A stretch of DNA of 64,000 nt from positions 186,001 to 250,000 of the forward strand of contig CBFDEM010000036.1 in the NCBI GenBank assembly GCA_965603825.1, given 5' to 3'. The notes beneath the pieces are model-generated. The model ran no database searches and was not told where the DNA came from. It saw nothing but the letters and a program-made list of their open reading frames with translations. The stretch's first letter is position 1; each line of letters opens with the position of its first letter. Source of the DNA: Blepharisma stoltei ATCC 30299. Its lineage: Eukaryota > Protista > Ciliophora. Position numbers and translations under genes: made by a program. This document shows positions 1 through 13,596 of the stretch, in pieces.

Positions 1-733
1 CTTTTTCTTTTGAGCATGTATAATTAGAAGCCTTATAACAGTTTTCAAGATTCACAACATATGAAAAATCATTACGGATAATTTGCTGATAAGATGAAAA
101 AATAGCTAATGACTTATTTTGACATCAATTATTAGGATATTGATCTATTTTGTCATAATTGCAGTTCGCTATCATGCATTCTGGTAGACATAATCCATAA
201 TCTGTCCATTTGCAATTTTCGGCACATTGACAATCTTTATAATCGAATAAACAATCTTCATTATTGCATGCAGAGTCACATATTCCATTCCCTAGCATAG
301 TTGGAAAACATCCATCTGCGCACTGTCCACAGTCATGATTATCAAGGTCGCAATTTCAGTTATCACATTCTTCATCACAATTTCCATCACCGAGCATAGA
401 ATTAAAGCATCCTGGGGAGCAAGTGCAATCGCCTCAGTCAAATCCACAGCTTGTAGTGTTACAAGAAGTATCGCATATGCCATTTCCTAGATTTTGAGGA
501 TCGCAGCCATCGAAAATGCAGTTTTCATAGCAGTCTGAGTTTTTTTTATGCAGTGAGCTATTAAATTGAAAACTGGTGTCATAATTGCAAAAGGACGTCA
601 TACATTCAGGATTGCACTGGCGATTGCCTTTCTATGTAAAAATTACTATGATATCTGGGCAAATGTGCGAGCTGCAGGTAAGATCTAAACCTTTGACAAA
701 TCATAAGAAAAGGAAAGCAATTAGAAAATTCAT
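1..733 (-). CDS. Secreted/surface cysteine-rich protein with LNR (Lin12/Notch)-like repeats; 5' part only, runs off the left edge; 15-nt intron at 632-646
   Basis: ATG at 733 gives signal peptide MNFLIAFLFLWFVKG (W=TGA). After intron removal the frame is open to position 1 with repeated GNGxCDxxCNxxxCxFDxGDC units. Not in the ORF track because of TGA codons and the intron. Confidence 0.85.
632..646 (-). other. 15-nt spliceosomal intron GTAATTTTTACATAG
   Basis: GT-AG, A at position 10, contains in-frame TAG; removal joins the signal-peptide exon to the LNR repeats in frame. Confidence 0.85.
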
Positions 734-979
734 TTTTGTTAATGGAATATATATTTGTCTTCTATTGATAGCTTGGATATGGACAGAAAATAAGTATTAG
801 TTTTAATTGCTTAAATAAAATTTCAAATAATTAACATAATATTAGCTATTTAATATTTTGGCGTTATAGATAGCAATCAGTAGCTTGCAATTTGGAGCCT
901 AAAAATTCATAATTATTTTAGTAAACGCTAATTTCAGAGACTAAATTCTATAATTATTTAAACTTAATTATCGTTTGAG

Positions 980-1290
980 AGATGGATTTGTTTGAATAAT
1001 TTTTCTAAAGCATTGCGAACTTATAGACCACTATGATTTCTTGAAGAAAAAAAAACTTCTTTAAAATCCCAAGGTTTTTGATCAGCAATTTTCATGAATT
1101 CTGACGTGAAAAACATAAAATCATTTTATTGATATTAAAGAAATATCAGAAAATAAGGACTATCTAAAGCGTAAAGTGACTTAATATTTTATTCAATGAG
1201 CAGAGCTGTATATATTGCTCTGAATGAAATGGAAGAAGCAGAAAAATATTTGAGTGAATCTGAAAAATATTGAATATAAATAAAATTTTA
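980..1290 (+). pseudogene. Decayed fragment resembling the TPR-like segment at ~2560-2650
   Basis: 1209-1290 (tatatattgctctgaatgaaatggaagaagcagaaaaatatttgagtgaatctgaaaaatat) resembles 2571-2640 (tttatattgttcaggatgaaatagaaaaagcagataactgcttatatgaattagaacaatat); no open frame. Confidence 0.4.
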
Positions 1291-1473
1291 TTATTTTCGA
1301 AAATTCAAAAATTAAAAATTATATTGTATGAATAACCATATAGAGGTTGCCAAAATTTCTATTACAGGTTTAACTTTTTTCGCTATTTTTTGAGTGGCTT
1401 TAATCGGCTACTCTATACTCGGCACTTCTAGAAACTAAGTTCACCCATAATATATAAAAATAAAATATAGAGC

Positions 1474-2960
1474 ATGAAAAAAGAAAGCTGTTCTTGCTGC
1501 TCTCTAGACGCAATATTTACATCCAGTTTGGCAAGTTTAAAGCATGCCCAAAGCATTATTTTTCTTATAAAGCTCAAGGTTACAAGCTAACACGAATAAA
1601 GGTCTCAATCAACATTGAATCCTGAGAGATCTTGCTCGGTTTTATTGTCACGTTAAAGAACAAGTTTAAAGCCCGAATCGATGATTTAAATAAAGAATAC
1701 TCCGTGAATGAGGAAGAATATCTGGAGAAATTAGACTGCCTAAATGAAGTTTTTAATTACTGCAGCTATATGGTGATATTTTTAGAAAAAAAGAATTTTG
1801 TTTATATGAAACTTATTTTAAGTCCCTTTGAATATTTTTTAACTCAACCAAAGGAAAAAGCACAGCAATATACAGAGCAAAATTGAAACCGGATGGAGCT
1901 TTTAGAATTTCATCGATCAGTTAAAGCACATGTGCTTGATTTCAATTATTTTAGATTTGAGAATCAAAAATATATTCACGGCTGGGCTTATAAGTCCGAT
2001 TACAATCTGAACGACCGTATCTCAGATTTCTGTGGCATATTGTTTTTGAATTTTAGTAAAATATCTGAATATGAGATGGTATATGAATTATATCGAAATC
2101 TCAAAAGTTATTTAGTAGTATCCTTAAAAAAATTATAAAGAAAGAAAGTTATTCTCGGCTTTACAAGAAATGAAAACAATTAGCCATTAATGAAATTCAA
2201 AAATTAGCTAATAATTTACAAAAATTTAATATCCCAATTACGGAGCTATACTCTAAAAAGCGCAATTCGTTTGAAAATTTAGATTTGCTTCTTTTTGTCA
2301 TGAGTTCATGCATTAATTGGCATAATTTAAATGCAGGACGTTGCCAAGATAAAAAATTAGGGAAAAATACTTCTCGAATTAGGCCACTAATAAACGGAAA
2401 TAGTGCTGGATCTATTGCTTAGAGGTTAAAAGGCACCTTCTCTGGGCTTGTCACATGCTATTTAAATGCTTAGAAATTCAAAGATATATTGTTCAAAGAG
2501 ATCGAAATTGCTAAATGCAAAGGTTGCCTATCGTGCAGATCGATTGCTAGTATGACCAAATTAGCGAATATTTATATTGTTCAGGATGAAATAGAAAAAG
2601 CAGATAACTGCTTATATGAATTAGAACAATATATAAATATAGATGAGATTCTACAATCAAAGCAAAGAAATACAGCACTCAATGTATAGCTGATGTTCTG
2701 ATTCTTATAAGAATTGCGAATGCATACGCTAATCTATGGAAAATATCTGAATCTAAGATAAATAACAATTTTTATAGAGCCAAAATGCTTTTGCATTATT
2801 GTGAAGAGACTATCAATTCTAAATTTTCTGAGCATTGAAACTTAAAAGCTCTTAAATATTTAGTTAATTGTATGCTATGCTGGTATTCAGATAAATGAAG
2901 TGAAGGAATTAATTATATCAATAAATATTGAGAATTAACATTGCAATATAGTGAATATGA
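1474..2960 (+). pseudogene. Probable pseudogene: N-terminal Cys/His motif, coiled coil, TPR-like helices
   Basis: ATG 1474 is out of frame with ORF 1632. ORFs 1632-1886 and 1893-2138 join through TGA, but later TAA/TAG stops and frame changes cannot be removed by 15-nt GT-AG introns. The 3' boundary is approximate. Confidence 0.5.
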
Positions 2961-3028
2961 TAACAAAGACGCTCATGAATGCTTTAAAAACATAGTAGCT
3001 CTATATACGCGCCAAGATTTAAGTTAAA

Positions 3029-6000
3029 TTAAATTATTGTCTTGCTAATAACTTTTATTATGACAGCCACTAGTACCTTTAAGCCTTGAATAATAATGAT
3101 ATCAAATCCCAATGAAATAAGCACCATAGCCATCCATACCATCGATGAACTGTCATCAATATCATCTGAAATTAAATAGCAAGCTACAACATTCAGTGCA
3201 ATTGCCGCAATACAAATCGTATATGCTATAAAAATCATCAATTCTTCTTTTCTAGTCGTTTTTACTAAATCAGCAGCAGGCCTTATTCTTCCGCTTTGAA
3301 AAATTCATCCTATACAAGTAGCTAAAATATTGCATCCTACAGGTGCTGCACAAGCAAAAACTATTTGGGTATCCCCCACTTTAATACTGGCAAATTCATA
3401 ATTCCCAGTTGAACTCACCCCATCCCCATAGAAATCTATAAAAATTCCCAAAATAAAAGCTTGCAGCATCATATTGAAAAAAACAACAGAAAATCTTGCA
3501 GATCTTGAAAGATTTACAAGGTAAATAAAAAATGGGGATATATAAAAGTGATATTTCCATGGATTTAGAGCACCGTTTTCTATGTCAGCGTCTTCTTGTG
3601 TATTCCTATATCTTTCGGTTTCTTGGGTGACTAATTTTATGCATGTTTCGCTCATACTTGTATTTATATGTTTTTGCGGAATTTCTTCTTTTAGATTTCC
3701 TGTGTCAAGATCATTAATTATTTCTCGATTTTCAAGCAGCTCGTCAAGTGGAGGATACAGTGGAATAGGATGCTCTAAGCCTTTGTCAACTGATTCTCTA
3801 GTAACAAATAGTCTGTGGCTTTTTACACTTGCTTCTGACTCTTTAGATACTTCTTGTTTATCTTGATTATTATTTTTTTCTTCTACAATAGGCATAGATG
3901 GTGGAATCTCGTCATAATTTACCTTGACAAATGTAAAATCCATATTCTCTGGAGCAATGGATGTGGTACTCATAAATTTGACTTTGCTTGACACGATATT
4001 TGTAAAGATTTTTCATTCTTTATTATCAATAATCCTTGATATAGTGATAATAGTAATATATAAAATAAACAACCCACACACATAATAAAAGACAATATAC
4101 ATTCTCATATTCGCACTCTGTGTAGAGCCATGTGAAGAAGACGAATGATATGGAACTAAGTCTACACCTGCAGAAAATAGTGAAGTATGTGTGCATTGGC
4201 AATGAACGGTAAAATTATCATAAGAAACAAAAACACAGCCATTATCAGACCATGAAGTATTGTCATAAAAAACGCATTGTACAGGCTTTGTGGTCAGAGT
4301 ATTAATATAATAAGGGATATATAAATCAATATAATTAGGAGCAATATTCACATTTATTGTAAAATTTCCAGCATTAGAATGTGCTATCATTTTAAATTCA
4401 ACACCTCGGTTATAAGTAGAGTCATCAGATTTGGTATGGTCATATATGATAAAAATATACAAAATCGAGACAGAGTTGCTAGAAAGAGAAATACTTGAAT
4501 TCGCTGGTAAAGAAACATTTCCTATATAAGAGGAATTTGAAGGAGATTTATAGCCTGAAGACAGAGAGCTTGCTGATACCAATTTTGATGTTGCATGAAT
4601 AAACTGAGCATCATTTGTAGCAGTTTCTCCAATTGCCATTGATGAACTATATGAAGTTATAATGTCGATTACTGCTTGATTTGTTTGGGATAATAATGAA
4701 GGTTTGCTTGATGCGGTGGTCTCTGCCATATGTGAAGCTTGGCCGATTGCATTAATCAAAGATCCTGCACTTCCACTGCTAATAGAAATATTATTACTTT
4801 TAGCGGTGTTTAAAATATTTGTTGCCAAAGCAAAAACGTTATCTCGGTTTTCATCGTTTATTAGAGTGCTATTTGGCCTTGTGGTGGCTTCTAGCGATTG
4901 GATTATAGTTTCGAGATTTTGATTGTCCATTTCAGGGACTTCTGATATAATTTGGCTTATTAATTTTAGGTTTGTCCCAATTGCGTCTTGAACTGTTGTA
5001 GAATTTCTGTTAGGATTGGGGATTAAATAGTTATTTATATTATTCACATAGTTCAACTTAGAAAATAGTTTAGGATTCGACTCATTGTATGAGGATTGAA
5101 GAATGCTTAATAAATCAGTTGTATATAATGATGGGTATGAGTCAATGGTTATAAATGTACTAGAAGTTCCATAGCTACCGTAGCTATCATAGACTTTTAC
5201 GAAAATTTCTAAGCTTTTTGCACTTGGAAGAAAAGTATATAAATAGGATGATTCATTTCTGAAATTCAATGAAACTTCTTGCCCATTTAAAATATATCCA
5301 AAATGATAAGTTATTGAGGAAGAGTAAGGAGCATATCAATTTTCTGCTGATAAATAAAAAATAGTGCTGAACTCAGTACCATAGCTTGGGCTTACTGATA
5401 CATATCCACCTGTGGGTGGATTATCAGTCGCAAATGATAAAGGATACTCATAAAGCCCCGTTGAGCATGACAAAGTGTATGTTAACAAATAAGTTGCCCC
5501 AGGCATTAATGATCCTGCCTTAAATCCTATAGAATTCGAATTTCGGTCCCCGGTTAGTATATATGTATACCCACTTTTTATTGTCCAATAGCTTATATAG
5601 CTTTCAGAAATTTCAGGTAGTGCTCACAGCACAAAAGATTTCTTTGTATTTACATATTGAGGAATATCAGAAAAGCTTACAGTAGGAAATTCTCTAGTTT
5701 TCGTATAAACATAAATCGTCTGGGTAGAAGTTCTTGATAATTTTGATACAGAAACGGAAAAAATATATGCTGAGCTTACGTGGAACGTGTTTTCTGGGAC
5801 ATAAAGAATTTGTGAATATCTTTCGGGAATAATATTGGAAACATTGTTACCATTTACGGTGCAGGATCATATAAAGGAATAGTCACCAGGAATCTGATCT
5901 GGGTCTGTAACAGATACTGGGATTGATAAGCTGTTTGTATAATAAAGGGCTATTTGGGTATTTGTGACAGAAACTATTAAATCTGATGGCGAAAAATCCA

Positions 6001-9000
6001 ATACAATCTGTGTAGCCCCTGGCAACGTCTTTTTACTGTTATTTATTTCTACTCCAAACGTATAAGTCCCTATACTAAAGATTGAGCTTGGAATATATAA
6101 AATTGTCGGTAATGTTTGTGCCCCCCAAAGCTTATTTTCATTTACTCTTACATAATCTCCAACCATCTCTTCAATTTTTCACGAATAATATAAAGTATCA
6201 TTATTATAACAATTTCCACCTGCTTGTATCGTAATTGATTTGCTTTCACTCGTCGTTAATGTGGTGCTTATATATTGGTCATACATAACTAAAAGACCTA
6301 TATCGTCAATTAATTTTACTTTTTTTGATACTGATGAAGAATATCCGAGCCAATTGGTAATTGTAAGATTAATGGTCACTTTTGAAGCTGATAAGGAATA
6401 GCGACTTACTGTAATAGAGCTTGTAGAAGTGGTATAGGAAGTTTTTTCGTTTAAAGATGAAATTGAAGGAGATGAGGAAAAAGACCAACTGTAGGTAAAT
6501 GGTCGGTAATAGCTGCCTGTTGATAAAGAGCCATCTATAAGAAGATCATCACATTGAATATATAGCTGATATGGGAGACTTAGCTTGGCTGTCGGCTTTA
6601 TTATAGGCATTGGATATTTTGAAGCAATCGATACTGATAATGCGTAAGGCGGAAATCCACATATATCCCAGTCGGTATGTAGCGCTCCGCCTTTAAACGT
6701 TACGCTGCTAGCTGGAAGAACCGTAGAGTTAACTCCAAGGGCTAAAGTCAGAGTTTTCATATCAGAGCTCCAATTGCATATTGGATTTTTACCTAAATTT
6801 CTTATTGAAATAGCATCAAATAAGGAATCACATGTGTTTGAGACTGAATAAGAAACTGAGTATTTCATCTCATAAATAATTGATAAATAATTTTCAGAAA
6901 AATAAGAGTTCACATCTCCCTGCTGGAAGTTATATATGCAGGGGTAGCACTGATTATCAGCTTCAAAATATTCACTTACACATACACATTGGCCATCTGC
7001 TTGGTTATACTGAGAATGTTCTTTGCAAGTGCATTTATTATTTGCTGATGAAGCTAAATCAACACAACTTGAGCATTCGCTTGCTTGAAATCCAGTTGCA
7101 GTTGAGCATAATTCATCTAAATTAAGTCTGCAGTTTCCATTTCTGACACATCCATAGGTGCAGGCTGCATCGCAATTAATGCAGCTTCCTGACGAGTAAA
7201 ATTGCAATTGTGAGCACGAAGATAAGCAGGTTCCATCACTTGGGCATGCAGAACATCCACATGATGTAGAAGGCTGAGAGATAGAAATTAAAGAGCTGTA
7301 TATCATAAATTCATATATAAATCCTGTAAAATAGTCACTAGCCGTTAGAGATGCCCCAATTGTAAAAGTAGATGAGGTATCTCGAACAAAGCAATGGGAA
7401 TAGGATTGCTGATTATCAAGATTTCCATCAATATAGAGTGAAATCTCAATGTCATAACTAGCTCTTTGGACTTGCAGGCCGATATTATATCATTGTCCAG
7501 AGTTCACTTGAACTGAACTTTGCAATGTCAATGCATTTGCAGAATTAGTAGTATCGTCATATACTTCATAGCTTACAAAGATATAAGAGTTAGAATTGAG
7601 GCTTAAAGAAAATAGTACTCCTCTATATTCTTTAGAAAAAATATATGAGTTGGATATAGGCCTTACCCATGCTAGAATAGTCTGAGTGTTGCCAATAATA
7701 ATCTTTCTTGAATCAGCTGAATTAGGAGGTAAAGACACATATTGACTCCCTGAGAAATAAAGGCCTAGCTGATAGACGGTAACTGGGTTATTAGCGTCAG
7801 TATCCCATAAACCCGTCGTAGAACCCATAAAAGCTTTATAGCCATACACTAAGTCAAGTATTTCATTAGTCAGCTTATTAAACACATAATGGATCTGCAA
7901 ATCTTTTGCATTTTGCTTTACACATGCCGATGCAGATTCGCTATACCCTATAGGGCATGTGTCTAGGCATAACCCAGTTTCAGGATTCATATAATATCCA
8001 AATCCACAAGCAGAGCAATCTCCATTATAAGAAGTGCTGCACTTCGAGCAATAGCTAAAACAAGATTTGCACGATGAAGATGAATTTTCATAATAAGACC
8101 CATCATTACATTCACAGGTCCCGGAACTGCCTATTCCAGCATTAGTTATACAGCCACTACAAGTGCCAGCAACATAATCACTGCAATAGTAGCATAAAGG
8201 ATCGTCACACAAATTGCAGTCAGTGCCTCTAACACATCCAGTGTAAGTTGTTGAGGTAAAGCATTGGCTTGGACATGGATATTCATTACCATTTGAATCA
8301 ATATAATCAAATCATATAACATTCGAAATGCAATAGTTTGTGGATTTAATGCAATACTGATTTCCTGACATTCCTTGAGAGATTGTTGAAACTTCAGTTG
8401 TTAAATCTAATTTGTAATTCCACGCCTTTAATCCGTAGACAAGTCCATTAAAATATGCTGAGCTTCCATCATAGCCAAGATAAAAGTAATAGTCTAGGAC
8501 TACGTCTCCGAAAAAGCCAACACCTATATCTTCTGGTGCAGAGTCAGCTTGCCCATTTATATAGCAGATAATGCTACTATGCTTATTGGAAAACCCTACA
8601 GCGAATCCATAATAATTTCATTGCCCTGTTCTTATAGAATAATCGCAAGAATGAGTAAATGAGTTCTGCCCTTGGATTCAAAGCACAATTTTAGGATTAT
8701 AGCCATTAATATTTGCATATAAATAAACTATTCCATTAGCATCAGCTTTATGTAGAAGAGGAGTTGTGGAAGAAGATGAGAGGGACTTTGGGTTTATCCA
8801 CATTCCTATCGAAAACTGAGGACTAAAGGTGAGCTGCTTGCTATTATCAACATCTGCATAAGTATCTCCACTGTTCTGACCAACAGGCGTAACAAATGAC
8901 ATTTTTGAAGCAGTCCCATCAAAATAATACCCTCTATATCTGACAGGAATTGGGTCATCAGATTCAAGTTCTGGATAAAACTGAGACGTCGAGCCAGCCA

Positions 9001-10993
9001 AAATTTTAAGTCCACTTACAGAATCTACTACAGTCCCTTGAATTTTGGTAAAAAGAGCATCGAAAATCAATTTATTTGTAGTGCTACAGGCATTGGTAGA
9101 GCCAATTTGAGAAAAACCAGTAGGGCATGAGTGTATGCAAACACTCTGGGCCATGTAATAATAACTGCTAGGATTAGAAGTGTCTGCAAGGCAAGAGGTA
9201 CAGCCTGCAATATCAGTAGTTGAGCACTCAGAGCATATAGAGTTGCATGCTTGGCAGTCATTTGTAGTACTTGAATATCCTTTCCCACTAGCACATCTGC
9301 ATGGATTATAAGCTGAGATTGATTGAGCACTTGAAATGCATTGAGTGCAGGCATCACTCGTAAAACCAGTGCAATCTAAGCATAATTCGCTATCACACAA
9401 ATTATATACAGATTCAGATCTAACACAACCATGAGTTAATGACGCATCACAATTAGTGCAGGCTGACCCATCATAGTATTGAGTAATTGGGCAGTTTACT
9501 ATACATTGATTGGTAGATGAAGGACAATAACAGCCCGAGCATGAGTTTGAAACCTCACTATTTAAATCATAATTGGTTTTCCAAGCTTTAATCTCATAAA
9601 TAAAGCCTTGGAAATAAGTGGAAGAGTCAGGAGTTCCTGATGAATCAAGCTTTACTCCAATTGAAAAGTGAGATGCTAAAACTAAATCTTGATAGAAATA
9701 ACTTCCCAAGTCATTATTGTATTTATTTTCGCCATTGATATACAAATTAATAGCGCTAGATCCAGATGAAACCTCTAAACTGAATCCTATGTAATTTCAA
9801 GTCTGTGTTGTAAGAAAGCAAATATAGCACATGTAAGTAGATGGCCCAAAATTTTTGAGGTAAATCTGGATTTTTAAAGCGCCAGATGAAAAGCCTAAAT
9901 CAATGTATCTGTTCCCAGAGTTGTCGTCTAGCTTAGAAATTAAGGCTCCTGAAATCAATGTTGGGTTTATTCACATTCCTAAAGCAAACTGTGGAGAAAA
10001 TGCTAGCTGTTTAGAGTTATCTGCTGCGGTTAATGGTGAGCTTGAGGTTAAACCTTGGTTTTGGTCGACAAAAGTCATATACGAAGAACTTCCATCAAAC
10101 CAGTAGCCTCTGTCTTTGGCTGGATATGGGTCATTTGAATCGGAATTTAGATAAAAACCTGAAGAAGTCCCAGTCAAAATTTGAAGGCTGCTAACAGAGT
10201 CGGTGACTGTGCCTTCAATTTTAGTAAAAGAAGCATCAAAGATTAATGACGATTGTGATGATGATACACAGGCATTAGAAGAAATTGTGAAGCCGGTTGG
10301 ACAAAAATCTAAACATACTGTTTGGATTAAATAAGTGTTTGAATCGCATGATGTGCAGCCAATAGAGCAGGATGGCGTTAAAAGTCTTTTATTCTCTTGA
10401 AGAAGTTTGCAAGAATTCGTATCCCAAAAGAAAGAAGGGCAGGCTGGTTTGCAATTTTTACACTCATCACTATTGGGAGTTGGGAATTGCTCATATGAAA
10501 TATCTTCTTCTAATGCTTTTGAATTTTCATCATATGAAATTTCTAAAATACCTTGAAATTTATAATTTTCTTCAAATCCTCCAAAAATTCATAGGTAAAA
10601 CACTTGATCTTGTTTATTAGTCAATTTCAAACCAATTTTTATGGTCTTTTCGTTTAAAATCTCAAAGGCAATTGGCGCAGAATTTTTTGAGACAACTTTG
10701 GTTTGAATGAAACTATTTGAGTCAATATTTGAAAAGTCAATAAATATTTCTTGAGTCTCTTTAGTTATAGAAATTAGAAGACCTTGGTATACTTGATTTG
10801 CTGCAAATTCAGGAGTAGAACAATTAGAATTTCTTATTAAGCTGCATATAAATTTGAAAGAATCTCCAGTTTTTTCAAGTAGCTCTTTCTGAAAGCAATC
10901 AACACAAGCATAATTTCATGCGTCCATGCAAGAAGTTTCACATAAGCTGAAAGCTAAATCCAATAGCAAGATAACAATTCAGAAGATTGCCAT
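3029..10993 (-). CDS. Giant polycystin-1/REJ-like receptor (2654 aa): signal peptide, 3x (furin-like Cys-rich + LamG/pentraxin-like), REJ region, GPS motif, ~5 TM helices
   Basis: Eight minus-strand ORF-track fragments (starts 10177, 9745, 8212, 7306, 6166, 5269, 3994, 3241) share one frame with ATG 10993, and the gaps contain only TGA. Motifs: MAIFWIVILLLDLAFS signal; LamG motifs (GQWYNIG..LYIDG..FTGFIYE); REJ-like PPTGGYVSVSPSYG; GPS CVFYDNTSWSDNGC..CQCTHTSLFS; C-terminal hydrophobic helices. Confidence 0.88.
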
Positions 10994-11571
10994 ATATCTA
11001 ATTTTATTGCCACTTAATAATTAATTAATTATCAATAATCTAGCATCAAGTGATACTTTTATCGTATGATAAGCTAATTAGAGACTGTTATATGAATTAG
11101 ACTATAATAACGTATAAATAAAATCATACATTTATTTTTTAGAGAGTTGCCATAACTTTTTATTTATTCGCAACATGCAAGGAACTTTATTTTTATATAG
11201 CTAAGGGATGCTTTTTCAATCTAAAAAAATTTAACTGATTTAATTATTAATTATCAAATTATATGAAGTGGAGTGTTTATTAACTTTCTCAAGATGAAAT
11301 TGTGATTACTCTAATTGAGAAGAATAGAATTTAAATTAAATTCAACCTTTTATAAGCCAAATTTTCAAATAATGAATTTGGAGTTGATTAAACTCCAAAA
11401 ATTGAACTCGATTAGCATTTTTATTTTAAGCTACATATTCAAAAATTGTTATTTTTGGCAAAGTTTTTGTAAATAAAAGAAATTTGGCAATTAATGCTTT
11501 AATATTTGCATACTGCTATAAATATGCACCTTTTAAAAATCAGTTGCTATTAAAAGATTTTACTTAAATTA

Positions 11572-12951
11572 TTAAGCAGAAATCTTGTGGTAGGGAATTC
11601 CTTGATCACTTGCCCTCTTTATCTTGTACGAGAGATAGATAAACCCTGAAAGACAGGCAAGCAAGATGCCAGAAATAGCCCAGTAGTAAATACTTGTAGA
11701 ATTTTCAGCTCCACTTTGGTCACTTTTTTCCTTTTGAATGAGAGCTTCTCTATCAACAGTTTTAATTTTATTGATTGAACTTGTATTAGCTGCTAGGGCG
11801 GTCGTTGAATACCTCAATGCATCTGCAAATCCTATCATTGCATAGTCTGCATCAAAAATTGTATAATATTTTCTGAAAAATGGATCTCCTAAATTCCAAG
11901 TGATACTATCAGTGCCCATTCCAAAAAGTAAAATGCATGTAGTCGAATCTGCTTGATAGAAATAATCCCAAGGATTCAAGCCAAAAGTATAATATGATCC
12001 TAGCTTAAAGCTTATAATTGGATAATCATAAATTGAATAAGAAAATCCACAGTCACAATTCAAGAATCCACCACTCCACCAACAATCTCCATATAGCGCT
12101 ATATCACTAGTAATGTTGTAAAACTCCGTTGGAGGAGCAACTATCAAGCCATTTCCAACATCAAAATTAGCTGTAAAAGTGCCAGATGATATACTCCAGC
12201 CTTCCACATATAATTTCGATAGTTTCAGCTGCCACTTTCCATTATTCTTATCCAAATAAACATATTTTACTGACGAGCTTGAAGAATAGGCAGCTAAGTC
12301 ATAACCTCCAAAGGTTATCGCAGAGCCGTCATACGAAGAGCCCAGAAAATAGTTGTCATTTAAATAAACAGAAAATAATTTTCGGGAAATCTGTCCCTGT
12401 GCTTTTAATTTATCGAGAAAAGTAGGATACCCAAAAGACAAGTAGCCATACTCTAATCCCAAAACCCCATCAAAATATGCTGCGTCGAAACCTGAATCTT
12501 CATGGGCTAGAATAAACTTTTGGTCGTAAACATAAATGAAAGTATCATCCCCAATCCCAAAGATATCAGAGCTTAAATCTCCTTTAGCATAGCCGAAGCT
12601 ATAGCTTGCTTTATAGTTTGATCCAATATACTTATAAGTAGAACTGGTAGAGGGATCAAAATAACTAAAAGAGGCATGGCAATATATGCATGATGTAGAA
12701 GGAATCCAAAGGTGTGGAGATGTAGTGCTGACTAAGACACTAAACCACTTAAGACTTGAGCCTACATAGATGTCAGCTATATATTGCAGATTGTAATAAT
12801 TGTATAATAAAGAACTTGACATTGATTGAGTTGTAGGTAAATCAGTGGAGGTTGAATTTACCAATGCCTCCTTATTAAGCTTCTTTAATGGGATTTTAAA
12901 ATAAGCAAACGATACAGCTACAAGGAGCATCAAAAATCTTGATACCGACAT
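11572..12951 (-). CDS. Pepsin-family (A1) aspartic protease homolog with C-terminal TM anchor; first catalytic Asp replaced (VSTTS)
   Basis: Signal peptide, Y..IYVG, LWIP, FDPSTSSTY, FDGVLGL, FSVYL, LGDPFFRKYYTIFD; TM helix and YHKISA tail. Confidence 0.9.
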   Translation of the reverse strand: MSVSRFLMLLVAVSFAYFKIPLKKLNKEALVNSTSTDLPTTQSMSSSLLYNYYNLQYIADIYVGSSLKWFSVLVSTTSPHLWIPSTSCIYCHASFSYFDPSTSSTYKYIGSNYKASYSFGYAKGDLSSDIFGIGDDTFIYVYDQKFILAHEDSGFDAAYFDGVLGLEYGYLSFGYPTFLDKLKAQGQISRKLFSVYLNDNYFLGSSYDGSAITFGGYDLAAYSSSSSVKYVYLDKNNGKWQLKLSKLYVEGWSISSGTFTANFDVGNGLIVAPPTEFYNITSDIALYGDCWWSGGFLNCDCGFSYSIYDYPIISFKLGSYYTFGLNPWDYFYQADSTTCILLFGMGTDSITWNLGDPFFRKYYTIFDADYAMIGFADALRYSTTALAANTSSINKIKTVDREALIQKEKSDQSGAENSTSIYYWAISGILLACLSGFIYLSYKIKRASDQGIPYHKISA

Positions 12952-13596
12952 TTTATTTTATTAAAAATCTACATATTTGAAAAATAAGTCTATAGTTATT
13001 TAATCTGTTTATGTGCTTTTTTTTGAATTTTTAGCAAAGCAATTATCTTTAATTAGTTTTTGGGTTTTCAGAAAAGATCATTAGAGCTGGTGGCATCATG
13101 ATAATCGCTCTGTCTTGAAATTTGCAATTAAGTATAATTGCATAGACCTAAAAGCTAATTTTTTAATAGAAAAATCTACTCATTTTTTTACATTATATAA
13201 CAGATTCGATCAGAAACTACTTTTTTACCCTAAATTTTGTATTGTAATGTGTATATATTGCAAAGCTTATCAGCTATCTAAATCTTAAAAATCGATTAAA
13301 ATAGAAAAATTTAGTGTCATTATATTACTCATACAGAAATAAGCTAACGATTTCTTATATTTATTTTTGATTTCTGGATTAATAATTTATCATAATTTGA
13401 AGGATAAACTATAATCTTGAGAAATCCGTTGATTTTTTTTTCTTCACCTGCCTTGGTAAGCTAAATGCTAAAAATTTCCCTATTAAATAATAGGGCATAT
13501 TAATTTTTACTACTGATCTATTTACTTTTTTCCTATCAAATTAGAACTTTTATCTTATCAAGAAAAACAATAATTTTCAAGATTTAACTTAATTAG

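Noticed and set aside
1-10993. TGA as selenocysteine or cysteine in the Cys-rich proteins
   Set aside because: TGAs fall outside the Cys spacing pattern and align with TGG in sister repeats
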